A stretch of DNA of 64,000 nt from Thermoplasmata archaeon (GTDB lineage: Archaea; Thermoplasmatota; Thermoplasmata; Sysuiplasmatales; Sysuiplasmataceae). Shown piece by piece: positions 8,893 through 18,895 of this stretch. The notes under the pieces were generated by a model. It ran no database searches. It was not told the origin of the DNA and was given only the letters and a program-made list of their open reading frames with translations. The DNA is taken from contig JAKAVR010000001.1 in the NCBI GenBank assembly GCA_021817225.1, forward strand, positions 8,002 through 72,001, in the 5' to 3' direction. The first letter of the stretch is position 1, and the number at the start of each line of letters is the position of its first letter. The position numbers were made by a program, and so were the translations under genes.

Positions 8893-11800
8893 TCAGTCCG
8901 TGTGGGGCCAATCAGAATAGCTTTTCCTTTCCGATTCTATGCTGTGCTTTGCCATGACGAGCGATATGTCGTTGGAAACACTCGAGAGCGTGTCCAGCTC
9001 TGCGGAAGTGAATGGGGGCGGATTGTCCCTGTAGACCATCAGCACACCCAGCAGCTTCTCGTTCACTATCAGCGGCATTCCAAGCACGCTTTCAAACTTC
9101 TCCACATTCGTTCCCCTTATATGCACCGCATTGTTGTTGATTGCCGCATTTGCAATCAGCACGGGCATCTTGTTCCTCACCACACTTCCCACAATTCCCT
9201 GGTTTGAGTTCACCTCGTAACCCAACAGGTGTTCGGTGGACATATTCTTGTAGTACTCTGCCGAAACCCTCATCTTCTGCGCTTCCGGCTCATACTTCCA
9301 GAGCAGTCCAAGGTCTGCTCCGCACATGTCGACCAGTGTTGGCAGGACACTGTCGAATATCTCATACTCCTTCCTGCCGTAGACGAGTGCATTCAAGATG
9401 CTGTGTGTTATCTCGATATGCTTCAGCTTCTCGTTTATTCCAGCAAGCAGCCTCGTCTTGTCCAGTGCGGTTGAAACCATCCTTGATATCTTGCTGAAAT
9501 TTTCAATATCCTCCGCTCCGTACTTCGGCGCTCCTTCCGTGTTCACCACTGCGACAACCATTGAATCATGCTGCATGCCTGACCTTACAAGCAGCAGTTC
9601 GTTTGTCTCCAGACCTTTGGACCATTCCTCCTCCAGCGCTGCACGTTCAACTATCCTGGGGCTGTGCAGCTGTTCGTCGAACTGCAGTCCGATCGGGCCG
9701 CTGTTGTAAACGACATCGCCTTCCTCAATCTCCTGTGATGTCGAATACAGTATTCTCTTGACATTGTGCACATCCGCCGTGATGAGGACGGACGAGGCAT
9801 GGAAGAGATTTTTCACCTCTTCCGCCACCAGTTCAATCAGTTCACTGAAGGTCCTGGAGGAATACAGCCTGAGCTCTGCAGCCTGCAGCTTGTCAAAATC
9901 TGAAACAAGCCTCCTTCTCTCCTCCTTTGCCGTTGCCGCCCGTACTGTGGAAGATGCAATGTTGGAAAGGAGTTCCAGTGTCCTTACATGCTCCATCCCA
10001 TACCTGCCGTCCCTGGTGTTCATGACGGCAAGGAACCCTCTCTGCTTCACGTCTATCTTGATTGGAACACCTGCAATCTGCCTGAATTTGAGCGTTTCTA
10101 GAGCATACTGCTCCCTGTCCGGATCGCTCGCATAGTCGTTCACGATTTCCGCTTCCAGAGTGCGGAGTATCCTGCCGGTGACACCGTCAATGTACCACCT
10201 CTTGGCAATCTCATCCGAGATCTCAAAGCCTTTTGCCAAGCCTGAAATGAACTTCCCCTTTTCCACATCAATTATGGCCAGCGCCGAAAGATCTGAATTT
10301 GTCAGAAGCGAGGCAGCCTCGACGATTGAGGACACAATATTGTTGTCTCCCTCCGCGAGCGATATCCTGGATATCACCTCTTCGACCTTTTTCAGCCTCT
10401 TTCTCTCCAGTGCGGACTCTTCTGCGAGATCGATGCCGTCCATCCTTATGTTGGCAAGGGACGCAAGCCCGGAGAGCGTATCCTCCCTTGTCTTCGCAAG
10501 GAAATAATTGCTCTGTCCTGCAACTACGACAACACCTTTCAGATTGCCGTATGTTGACCTCACAGTCACGGCGTATATGCTCTGGTCCGTTTCGCTGCCG
10601 GCAAGTTCCGAGAGCTTCTCGCCAAGGATATCCGGCGGAACATCATGAACGTGCTTGGACACTTCAGTCGAAGAAGCAAGCATCATTGAAATTTCATCCG
10701 CACCCACCCTGAATGTATCGTTTGCGGGATCTACGAGTCTGAAATCCTCCCCTTCATTCACAAGACCGTACGCCCTGCCCTTGGTCATGCGTGATATGCC
10801 TTCAGTGAGTTTGGAGACAAGCCTGTTCAGCGTGTCGGCACTCTCTATTTCGAAAGAAGCCACGATGAATGCGGAAGCACCTGCTTTGAGTCTCTGGATT
10901 TCCTCGCTCTGCATCCTGTTTTTTGCCTTGAGGATAAACCCCCTGATCAGTATCCCGAAAGAACGGCTCAGTCTCTCCCACAACTCCTTTTCCTGGACCA
11001 GTCGGGGTTTTCTCGGCAGCTCGAAGGCAACGCTCCATACGTTGTCATCGTCGTCTCTTACGGGAAATGCAAGAAGACTCCCATTCGCTTCGTCATGCAA
11101 GAGTTGCTTTGTTTCCATGCTGTCTCGCATCAGCGCGACAAGACTTTCCTCCATCTTGCGCCTGCCATCTCCATCATTTTCCGGGGATGAAATGCAGGCA
11201 ACATCGCCCGCAGGCAGGAGTCCGTAACCTCGTATGAATCCTGTTTCCTTCAGCCTTTCAAGGATCCTGCCGAGTACTGCAGTTGATGTGACGACACCTG
11301 TTCTTGAAGACTCACTCACTGTCTTGTCTATCGCTTCTATTGCCCTCAGCCAGGCAAATGACACTCCTGTCTCCATCTCGGTCAGTCCAAGGAGTGTGCG
11401 GTACAGAATGCGTGTCCCTTCCCTCACCTCGTCTCCGTCACTCCTTGCCGCATCCATTTCATATATGGCAACAATAGGGCTGCCCCTGGAGGAATCGATC
11501 GGTATAATTGTCCTGGATTTCATCAGGCTGGTTGCCGGATCGAGCCGAAGTCCAGTCGTCATCACTCCTCTTTTCAGCGATTCCAGGATTTCAGCGAAGG
11601 CATCGACTCTAATGGTCTCCCCTTCCGAAACAATCAGTTCCGGCTTTCCTTCGTTCTCACAGTAAAGCTGTATTGATTCGAGGCCGAAAGAATCCCGGAT
11701 GGCGGTCGTAAGAGCTGCGAGCCTGTCGACTGCAGGTGCATTCAGGGTGAAGCTCCCTACGGCCCGTAGCAGTTTTTCGAATGCCTTTGCATTCATCCGA

Positions 11801-12426
11801 TTCTCATCATCCGCCTGGGGCAGGAGGGCAGTCACGGCGCCCTTCAGCATTCTGGAGAACCTGATGACTGACTCCCTGTCCTTTCCTGGTCCAAGGATTG
11901 CAAGCACTCCGGCGGCTATGTTGTCGCGGAACAGCGGCAGTGCGAAAAGGTCATCTTCTGAACCGATTTTGACATCCGACGGGGGAATCCTGTCCTCATT
12001 TGATGCCATGCACATGGCCAGGTGCTCCCGCTGCGACGGTGATGGGTTACCCTCTCCCGCCGCTCCTTCCGGTACAGAAATCATTTTCCTGAACTCATTC
12101 CCGTCGAATGAGAATAGAGCCACGCTCTTGCAGTCGAAAGTGTCCCGGATGCTTTCCAGCATCCGAAGCAGAAGGACATTTCCTGCGCCCGGGCCGCCTT
12201 CCAGCCGGACAATACGTTTGTCTGAGGCAACTCCGGATCGGAATGGCCTGACGTGGCCAGAACCCATGTAGCGGATTTTCCTTTGACATCTTATATAAAT
12301 TCCCGTACAATTACGGTTTTGTGATTCTGTTCGGCCGGTGCCCGATGGGATTTCCAGCTGGCAGTCATTGAACATCCATCCACGGGATGATGGAATGACA
12401 GGCAAATCGGTGCCGTCCGGTGTCAT
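8893..12426 (-). CDS. large multi-GAF-domain protein (about 1177 aa) with no recognisable output domain
   Basis: Several GAF-like blocks, e.g. C-terminal 'GIVGSVVRNKMPVLIANAAINNNAVHIRGTNVEKFESVLGMPLIVNEKLLGVLMVY'. No kinase or HTH seen. Exact start uncertain. Confidence 0.6.
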   Translation of the reverse strand: MTPDGTDLPVIPSSRGWMFNDCQLEIPSGTGRTESQNRNCTGIYIRCQRKIRYMGSGHVRPFRSGVASDKRIVRLEGGPGAGNVLLLRMLESIRDTFDCKSVALFSFDGNEFRKMISVPEGAAGEGNPSPSQREHLAMCMASNEDRIPPSDVKIGSEDDLFALPLFRDNIAAGVLAILGPGKDRESVIRFSRMLKGAVTALLPQADDENRMNAKAFEKLLRAVGSFTLNAPAVDRLAALTTAIRDSFGLESIQLYCENEGKPELIVSEGETIRVDAFAEILESLKRGVMTTGLRLDPATSLMKSRTIIPIDSSRGSPIVAIYEMDAARSDGDEVREGTRILYRTLLGLTEMETGVSFAWLRAIEAIDKTVSESSRTGVVTSTAVLGRILERLKETGFIRGYGLLPAGDVACISSPENDGDGRRKMEESLVALMRDSMETKQLLHDEANGSLLAFPVRDDDDNVWSVAFELPRKPRLVQEKELWERLSRSFGILIRGFILKAKNRMQSEEIQRLKAGASAFIVASFEIESADTLNRLVSKLTEGISRMTKGRAYGLVNEGEDFRLVDPANDTFRVGADEISMMLASSTEVSKHVHDVPPDILGEKLSELAGSETDQSIYAVTVRSTYGNLKGVVVVAGQSNYFLAKTREDTLSGLASLANIRMDGIDLAEESALERKRLKKVEEVISRISLAEGDNNIVSSIVEAASLLTNSDLSALAIIDVEKGKFISGLAKGFEISDEIAKRWYIDGVTGRILRTLEAEIVNDYASDPDREQYALETLKFRQIAGVPIKIDVKQRGFLAVMNTRDGRYGMEHVRTLELLSNIASSTVRAATAKEERRRLVSDFDKLQAAELRLYSSRTFSELIELVAEEVKNLFHASSVLITADVHNVKRILYSTSQEIEEGDVVYNSGPIGLQFDEQLHSPRIVERAALEEEWSKGLETNELLLVRSGMQHDSMVVAVVNTEGAPKYGAEDIENFSKISRMVSTALDKTRLLAGINEKLKHIEITHSILNALVYGRKEYEIFDSVLPTLVDMCGADLGLLWKYEPEAQKMRVSAEYYKNMSTEHLLGYEVNSNQGIVGSVVRNKMPVLIANAAINNNAVHIRGTNVEKFESVLGMPLIVNEKLLGVLMVYRDNPPPFTSAELDTLSSVSNDISLVMAKHSIESERKSYSDWPHTD

Positions 12427-12472
12427 TTGCAGGGTACAATTGAAAAAGGAAAAATAGTAACCAGTTCTACCA

Positions 12473-13177
12473 TTGCATGTGAAAGCACTGATTGCAGGTT
12501 ACGAAGTCATGTTTGCCGGTCCACATATGGACATGACTCTATCACCCGCAGATATTGCGTCCCTTTCGTCTGTCTTCGATGAAGAGGGGCACGACGTCGG
12601 TCCCCGGAGGCTTTCATATCTTCTGGACGAGCGAATGGGAGCCAGGGCGGCAAGGATCCGCGAAACAGGCATGGAAACACCCCTCGACGTACTTCTGGAG
12701 AGCATGCTTGACGATCTGGAGATAGATGCTCCCTACCTTGTACCAAGACTTGTCGACTCGGTTGCATCGAGGCGAATGGAAAGATTCAGGGCCGTAGATG
12801 GCTGCGTCGAGTTCATAAGCTCACTTCGCGAATCAAAGGTGGCGGTTGGAATGGTGTGCAATGCACCGATCGGCATTCCCCCGGACCACATAAGGGAACT
12901 GATCGAGCGGTGCGGACTTGGCGGTCTTCTTGACGACATGCAGTTCTCGTCAGAAAATGGGGTAGTCAGACCGCACGCCCGGCCTTACAGGTACCTGATA
13001 AGCAACCTGGACATCATTCCAGGCGAGACATCCGTGCTTACAGGCATCCCGGGAGAGATGGAAGTACTGCGCAAACTCGGATTTGAGAACATATTTTTCC
13101 CTGAGCTCGGGGAGCTGCCTAATCCAGACGGAGCCGTGACGATTCATGAGCTCGCCGATGTGTCGAGATTTCTTTAG
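12473..13177 (+). CDS. hypothetical protein, HAD-like C-terminal half lacking the N-terminal DxD catalytic motif
   Basis: 'VGMVCNAP' (motif II-like) and 'RPHARPY' (motif III-like) are present. No DxDG motif at the N-terminus. Confidence 0.35.
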   Translation: MHVKALIAGYEVMFAGPHMDMTLSPADIASLSSVFDEEGHDVGPRRLSYLLDERMGARAARIRETGMETPLDVLLESMLDDLEIDAPYLVPRLVDSVASRRMERFRAVDGCVEFISSLRESKVAVGMVCNAPIGIPPDHIRELIERCGLGGLLDDMQFSSENGVVRPHARPYRYLISNLDIIPGETSVLTGIPGEMEVLRKLGFENIFFPELGELPNPDGAVTIHELADVSRFL

Positions 13178-14125
13178 TCATTCCCATTCAATTGTTGCCG
13201 GCGGCTTGTTAGTTATGTCGTAGACAACTCTTGTCACCGAGGATCCAAGCCTGTTTGTTATCTTGGTGGACATGTTCTCCAGCAATTCGTGCGGCAGCAC
13301 CGAGAATCTGGCTGTCATTGCATCTTTTGATGCGACCGCCCTTACCACTACCGTTCTGCCAAATGCCCTGACATCGCCCTGAACCCCGACACTCCTCACA
13401 GGAATGAGGACAGCAAAGTACTGCCAGGGCAGTGAGCTGATTTGCTTCTCCTCAAAGGCCCTCTCTATTTCCTCCTCCACAATGGCGCAGGCCTCCCTTT
13501 CTATCTCCACGTCTCCTCGTGTGAGCTTCCCGAGAACACGGACTGCCAGACCTGGCCCCGGGAATGGCTGGCGCTCAGAAACGCTTATACCGAGGTGCCG
13601 GGCAACCGCCCTCACCTCATCCTTGTACAAATCCCTGAGTGGTTCAACAAGCTTGAGCTTCATCTCGGAAGGGAGTCCGGCGACATTGTGGTGGGACTTT
13701 ATCCTGTCCCTCAGCGTTCCGCCGCTTTCGATCCAGTCGGGTGCTATCGTCCCCTGCACCAGATACTCGGCGCCGATTGTCTCAGCCTCCTTCTCGAATA
13801 CATCGATGAATTTCCTCCCGATTATCGTCCTTTTCTGTTCTGCATCCTCCACTCCCTCAAGCGCCTCGAAGAAGATATCGGATGCATTTACGATCTTGAA
13901 ATTGAGATTCAGGCCGGAGAACATTGCATTCAGTTTTTCTGTCTCCCCCTTCCTCATGAAACCAGTGTCAACATAGACGGCAAGCAGCCTGCTTCCGATA
14001 GCCCTGCTGACTATCACAGCCGCCGTCGTGCTGTCCACTCCCCCGGAAAGTGCCACAATTGCCCTTCCGGTGACCCTGGAGGAGGCATCGCTTACCTGCT
14101 CTTCAACGAACTTTTGAACGTCCAT
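13178..14125 (-). CDS. guaAb: GMP synthase subunit B (ATP pyrophosphatase, PP-loop)
   Basis: PP-loop 'ALSGGVDSTTAA' and C-terminal 'PPATIEWE'. Confidence 0.85.
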   Translation of the reverse strand: MDVQKFVEEQVSDASSRVTGRAIVALSGGVDSTTAAVIVSRAIGSRLLAVYVDTGFMRKGETEKLNAMFSGLNLNFKIVNASDIFFEALEGVEDAEQKRTIIGRKFIDVFEKEAETIGAEYLVQGTIAPDWIESGGTLRDRIKSHHNVAGLPSEMKLKLVEPLRDLYKDEVRAVARHLGISVSERQPFPGPGLAVRVLGKLTRGDVEIEREACAIVEEEIERAFEEKQISSLPWQYFAVLIPVRSVGVQGDVRAFGRTVVVRAVASKDAMTARFSVLPHELLENMSTKITNRLGSSVTRVVYDITNKPPATIEWE

Positions 14126-14194
14126 CTGCTGCCTCTCGCAATTGACATCATCGAGAGGAATGACTAAAACCTGTCGATGAACAGTGCCAGCGCC

Positions 14195-14539
14195 TCAGGT
14201 TTTCATTATTGCCAGGAGGAACACAAGAACAGCTATGACTGCGCCTATGATTGCGGCAACTATGCTCAGGAACGCTCCCCATATGACATCGGCGAGTCCT
14301 GGTGTAGTGTAGCTGTAGAAGTTGGCGATGAAGAGCCACGCAACAGCCACGACTATGCCGACGACAAGCAGCACTGCACCAACGGCCCTGCTTTTGCCTG
14401 TTCCAAAGTAGGAGGTGAATGCGCCAGCGAGTATCATGAAAATACTGAATGTGAGGAGGAGTATTGTTACGAAGTTGCCCGCATTTTCAGTCGGTATTGC
14501 ATTTCCCAGAGCGAGAAGGAATATCCCTTGTAGCATCAT
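14195..14539 (-). CDS. small membrane protein (4 TM)
   Basis: 114 aa, strongly hydrophobic. Confidence 0.45.
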   Translation of the reverse strand: MMLQGIFLLALGNAIPTENAGNFVTILLLTFSIFMILAGAFTSYFGTGKSRAVGAVLLVVGIVVAVAWLFIANFYSYTTPGLADVIWGAFLSIVAAIIGAVIAVLVFLLAIMKT

Positions 14540-14570
14540 TTACTTTCCAACCCTGAAATTCCCTCGATAC

Positions 14571-14807
14571 TTAAAACTTTATCCCGGTCAAAGTCTTCGT
14601 GTCGATCACGCCGGGAATGGCCCTTACCTTGTCGACAACAACCTGGCCAAGCAGGTTGAAGTCCTCCGCTTCAATCTTGGCGATGAGATCGTACTCGCCA
14701 AAGAGGGGATGAAGCTCAACAATCTCCTTGACCTTCAGGAGCTCGTTGTAAACCTCATGCTCCTTAGCAGGCGCCGTACTTATCAGGACGAACCCTACAG
14801 CCATCAA
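14571..14807 (-). CDS. stand-alone Lrp/AsnC C-terminal (RAM) domain protein
   Basis: '...EVYNELLKVKEIVELHPLFGEYDLIAKIEAEDFNLLGQVVVDKVRAIPGVIDTKTLTG', 78 aa. Confidence 0.55.
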   Translation of the reverse strand: MMAVGFVLISTAPAKEHEVYNELLKVKEIVELHPLFGEYDLIAKIEAEDFNLLGQVVVDKVRAIPGVIDTKTLTGIKF

Positions 14808-14971
14808 CTTCGCCTCGTCCTATGTAACAGCCGTTATGTTCTTAATTATATCGTTGATATTCAATTCAGACATAATATGCATGCGCAGCTGTCAGTGCAT
14901 GGCAGAGCGATGTCCGGTGGTCCTGAACAGGCGGACGGATAGGACCAGTTAGCAGCCGCAACAACCGAAAG

Positions 14972-16498
14972 GTGAACAATGATATGACTCGTCCCGGTAC
15001 CAACGTGTCCGACAGCGCCTGTGCTGAAGTCGGAACAGTACAGGATTACCCTTTCAATTCCGTCCCGCTTCTTGAGAAAGGACGTGAATTCAGCGGAACA
15101 GTCGGTTCGGAAAACATGCTGATATGGGGCGAAAACCTCTCTGCTATGCGCGCCCTGCCGGACAGTTGTATTCAGCTCATATACGCTGACCCTCCATTCT
15201 TCACAAACAGGGAGTTCAGCCATCTCTACGGCTCCAGCAGGGAGTCTATTTTCAGCGACGTCTGGTACGATGGTCTTGAAGGTTATATGTCATGGCTCAG
15301 GCCAAGACTGGTGGAGATGCGACGCCTGCTGAAGGAAAGCGGAACGATATATCTGCATCTTGACTGGCATGCATCACATTATGTCAAGGTCATGATGGAT
15401 GGTATTTTCGGGTACGGTAACTTTCTCAATGAGGTGATATGGCATTACCGTGATCCGGCTGGGACTGTAAGGGATCGATTCAAGAAGAAGCATGACACAA
15501 TACTGATTTACGCAAAGAAGGCGGGCAAGCACATTTTCAATCTCGACCAGGTGAGGATGAACTACAGCAAAAGAACAGTCGACCAGGGCAAGAAGGGCGT
15601 GATTTCTTTCGGCAGACCCACAAAGCTGCACAGCCTGGGAAAGGTTCCGGAGGACGTCTGGGAAATACCGATCATAAACAGCCAGGCCAGGGAACGCGTC
15701 GGATATCCCACACAGAAACCGCTCAGGCTCCTGCAGACCGTGGTCAAAGCCTCCTCTTCCGAGGGTGACGTGGTTGCAGACTTCTTCTGCGGCAGCGGCA
15801 CGGCTGCTGTAGCTGCGTCGTCTCTCCGAAGAAACTGGATCGCTGTTGACAGCAACGAAGTTGCTATCAGGACAACAATGGGAAGGCTCTCCTCCCTGTC
15901 CGATGATGGATGGGAGGATACCACGAGGCTGCTGAGCGTTGGCATTGCAGCAGGCGATGCTCTTTCTTCGAAGAGGAGTGGCTTCCCAGGCTTAGCGCTC
16001 AGGGCGCTTGGCCTTGAGAAAAGCCATGCCCCCGGTAAAACGCATTCTGACAGCCACGGGGTGCCCGGCCTGTCCATTCCGTCCCTGTCAGCCGACGGGC
16101 ACGCCGTGAAATCGGGATTTACATTCAATTCAGGGGGATTGAGTTACTTCATACCAGCAGAGACTGCAAAGTCCCCTTTCGTCCTCCAGGGCAGGGATGC
16201 ACGATGCACCAGGTTTGCGATGCCTCCAGCCGCTTCCGTTGCGGTTGAGCGCTCAGGGAAAGGACACTCGATCACCCTTTCGGCGTTTTCTTCCGGAAGC
16301 GGCATTCTGTCGACTGCAAGTATCGAGATCACATGCATGCACGGTTCCGGCAGAAAGTCAGAGTCGGGCGTTTTCGAACAGTTGCACGGTGGCGCCGTTT
16401 CCTGCCACACTCTGATGAAGGGCAAATGCCTCATAACCGCAACAGTCCATGACACTGCAGGCGGCCAGTGCACTGTCACAAGGAACGTGACGCTTTGA
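14972..16498 (+). CDS. DNA methyltransferase (beta-class N6-adenine/N4-cytosine) with about 190-aa Ser/Gly-rich C-terminal extension
   Basis: Motif IV 'IYADPPF' comes before motif I 'DFFCGSGTAAVAA' (beta order). No adjacent restriction enzyme. Confidence 0.75.
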   Translation: MNNDMTRPGTNVSDSACAEVGTVQDYPFNSVPLLEKGREFSGTVGSENMLIWGENLSAMRALPDSCIQLIYADPPFFTNREFSHLYGSSRESIFSDVWYDGLEGYMSWLRPRLVEMRRLLKESGTIYLHLDWHASHYVKVMMDGIFGYGNFLNEVIWHYRDPAGTVRDRFKKKHDTILIYAKKAGKHIFNLDQVRMNYSKRTVDQGKKGVISFGRPTKLHSLGKVPEDVWEIPIINSQARERVGYPTQKPLRLLQTVVKASSSEGDVVADFFCGSGTAAVAASSLRRNWIAVDSNEVAIRTTMGRLSSLSDDGWEDTTRLLSVGIAAGDALSSKRSGFPGLALRALGLEKSHAPGKTHSDSHGVPGLSIPSLSADGHAVKSGFTFNSGGLSYFIPAETAKSPFVLQGRDARCTRFAMPPAASVAVERSGKGHSITLSAFSSGSGILSTASIEITCMHGSGRKSESGVFEQLHGGAVSCHTLMKGKCLITATVHDTAGGQCTVTRNVTL

Positions 16499-16570
16499 TT
16501 TCAGCGCTCTGTCAGTGCACTCAACTGTCCGTATGCACGCAGGCTGCAGGGAAATGCGGTCAAGCAACAT

Positions 16571-17518
16571 TCACCGTGATGGGCCATAATTTGCATTCCA
16601 CCTTTTCTCGAGCTGCCTGTAGCTTGCAAGCGACCCGACCCCTCCTTTTCCTTCTATCGCTATGGATGCCATCGCGTTGCCAAATTCAACACATTTCACA
16701 ATGTTGTATCCCTTTTCCATGGCTGCATAGTAACCGGCCCTGAACGCATCTCCTGCGCCAATAGTGTCGACATAGTTCTTTACCCTGCACGCAGGCACCC
16801 TTGTTACACCGTCCTCCTGAATGATGGCGGTGCCCCTGGATCCTTCTGTCATGATCACGGTGCCGCAGCGTTTCGCCAATTGCTTTACGCTAACCGCACC
16901 GGTCAGCTTGAGTGCCATCTTCATTTCTATCTCGTTTGTGAAGAAGATATTTGCACCATCGAGCAGCTTCCTGAACTTCCCTGCATTGTACCTGTAGTTT
17001 ATTTCCTGCCCCGGATCGAACGAGTAACTTCTTTTGCCAACCGCCCTCAAGTATCTGTCAGGGTCGCCGGTTGCTATGTGAATGACCGAGCTTTCGCTTA
17101 TGGAATCCTCCCACAGTGGAAGGTCCATGGTGCTCGCCATAGCCCCCTGCTCTATAATGTAGGTCTGTTCGCCATCCGGTGTATCAAATATATGGCATCT
17201 TGGCGTCCTCTCGCCCTCAACCACAATGACATCGTGGCAGTCCACTCCAGATTCCATGAGCAGTTTCCTGAAGTCGGCACTGAAATCACTTCCAACGTAG
17301 CATCCAATCGCAGTCTTAAGGCCAAGCGCGGATGCGTGCAGCGCAATGTTTCCCGCTGTCCCGCCGAAAAGCTCCCTCACATTGCCTGTATTGATGGACT
17401 GCCCTTTGACTGGAAATTTGCTCAGTTCATACACAACATCCACATTGATGTGCCCGAGAACCACAAGGAAATTGCCCTTCCTGTGTCTTGAAGTGAGCCT
17501 CTTCCAGGCTGCTTTCAT
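16571..17518 (-). CDS. PfkB-family carbohydrate/nucleoside kinase
   Basis: 'GGTAGNIA' and 'DTIGAGDAFRAGY' ribokinase-fold motifs. Confidence 0.8.
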   Translation of the reverse strand: MKAAWKRLTSRHRKGNFLVVLGHINVDVVYELSKFPVKGQSINTGNVRELFGGTAGNIALHASALGLKTAIGCYVGSDFSADFRKLLMESGVDCHDVIVVEGERTPRCHIFDTPDGEQTYIIEQGAMASTMDLPLWEDSISESSVIHIATGDPDRYLRAVGKRSYSFDPGQEINYRYNAGKFRKLLDGANIFFTNEIEMKMALKLTGAVSVKQLAKRCGTVIMTEGSRGTAIIQEDGVTRVPACRVKNYVDTIGAGDAFRAGYYAAMEKGYNIVKCVEFGNAMASIAIEGKGGVGSLASYRQLEKRWNANYGPSR

Positions 17519-18753
17519 GTGCCTTCATTCCATGAAGCAAGGTAATTCTTCTGCTTCTCCGTGAGCTTGTCTATCTTCACACCCAATGTCTTCAGCTTCA
17601 TCACTGCTATCTCTGTATCAAGCTTCCTGGGAAGGATATGTACTCCAGGCTTCAGCTTCGTCCGCTCGGTCGCGAGGTATTCGGCGGCGAGCGCCTGCAT
17701 TGTGAAACTCATGTCCATGATCTCAGCGGGATGCCCCTGCCCTGCGGCCAGATTCACAAGCCTCCCGTCTGCAAGTATGTAGATGCGCTTTCCGTTTTCA
17801 AAATTGAACTCTTCGACGTATTCCCTGACTGTGTTCACCTTTGCCTTTGAACGCATCGTTTCCACATCAATCTCAAGATTGAAGTGTCCCGCATTTGCCA
17901 TCACGCACCCGTCCTTTGCCTTCAGAGCTGTCTCGTACGTCACGATGTCCCTGTCCCCGGTGGCGGTCAGGACGAAATCAGCATCGGCAATTACATCCGC
18001 CATTTTTCCCACCGTGAAACCGTCCATTATGGCCTCTATTGCCTTTATCGGGTCCACCTCTGTAACGGTTACGACGCCACCCATTCCGCGTGCCTTGCTG
18101 GCTATCCCGCGGCCGCACCATCCATATCCCGCGACGACAATGCTCTTCCCTGCAAGCAGCAGGTTAGTGGCCGTCATTACGCCGTCAAGCGTCGACTGTC
18201 CCGTACCGTATCGGTTGTCGAAGAGATATTTCATGTATGAGTCATTGACAGCAACCACAGGGAAAAGGAGCTTCCCCTCCGCTTCCATTGACCTCAATCT
18301 GATAACACCGGTTGTAGTTTCCTCATTGCCTCCTATTACATGTGCTATGAGATCCTGTCTTTCAAGATGGAGCAGTGTTATGAGGTCGGCACCATCATCT
18401 ATAACAATGTCCGGGCCCATCTCAAGTACGCTGCCGAGGTTCCTGTAGTACTCCTCCGAAGTCTGTCCCTTCCTGGCAAAGGTGGGGAGGCCGTAGACTG
18501 AGTTGAGAGCTTCACTCACTGAATCATCAGTCGACAGTGGATTGCAGCTCGCGAGCCTCACCTCGGCGCCTGCATCCCTCAGCGCAAGTGCGAGGCAGGC
18601 AGTCTTCGCCTCCACATGCAGGGCCATGCCTATCTTCAGGCCCTTCAGCTTTCCTCTTTTTTTTATCTCTTCCCCAGCTATCCCCAGGACTTTCATGTGG
18701 GACTTTGCCCACTCGATCCTCTTCCTTCCCTTCTCGGCCAGTTCCTTGTTCAT
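17515..18753 (-). CDS. ahcY: adenosylhomocysteinase (SAH hydrolase)
   Basis: NAD-binding 'VVAGYGWCGRGIA' and conserved blocks 'NDSYMKYLFDNRYGTGQS', 'GHFNLEID'. Start taken at 'MNKELAEKG'; the ORF is open to 18936. Confidence 0.85.
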   Translation of the reverse strand: MNKELAEKGRKRIEWAKSHMKVLGIAGEEIKKRGKLKGLKIGMALHVEAKTACLALALRDAGAEVRLASCNPLSTDDSVSEALNSVYGLPTFARKGQTSEEYYRNLGSVLEMGPDIVIDDGADLITLLHLERQDLIAHVIGGNEETTTGVIRLRSMEAEGKLLFPVVAVNDSYMKYLFDNRYGTGQSTLDGVMTATNLLLAGKSIVVAGYGWCGRGIASKARGMGGVVTVTEVDPIKAIEAIMDGFTVGKMADVIADADFVLTATGDRDIVTYETALKAKDGCVMANAGHFNLEIDVETMRSKAKVNTVREYVEEFNFENGKRIYILADGRLVNLAAGQGHPAEIMDMSFTMQALAAEYLATERTKLKPGVHILPRKLDTEIAVMKLKTLGVKIDKLTEKQKNYLASWNEGT

Positions 18754-18895
18754 GAGAAACGCCCCTATAGCACGGTTGCCTGCTGTGTTCTTCAACGCCC
18801 TGCTGTAAATAAAATCATGCCTGCAGTCGCAGGGCAGCAGGTTGGCGGTGTACAGGTGCAGTCCTGATTCCATTATTTGGCGCCTGTCATGCCCT

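Noticed and set aside
9141-12271. Multiple 100-190-aa plus-strand ORFs (e.g. 10655-11227, 11699-12271)
   Set aside because: All are antisense within the multi-GAF gene, Ser/Ala/Leu-rich and without motifs. They are a by-product of GC-rich coding sequence.
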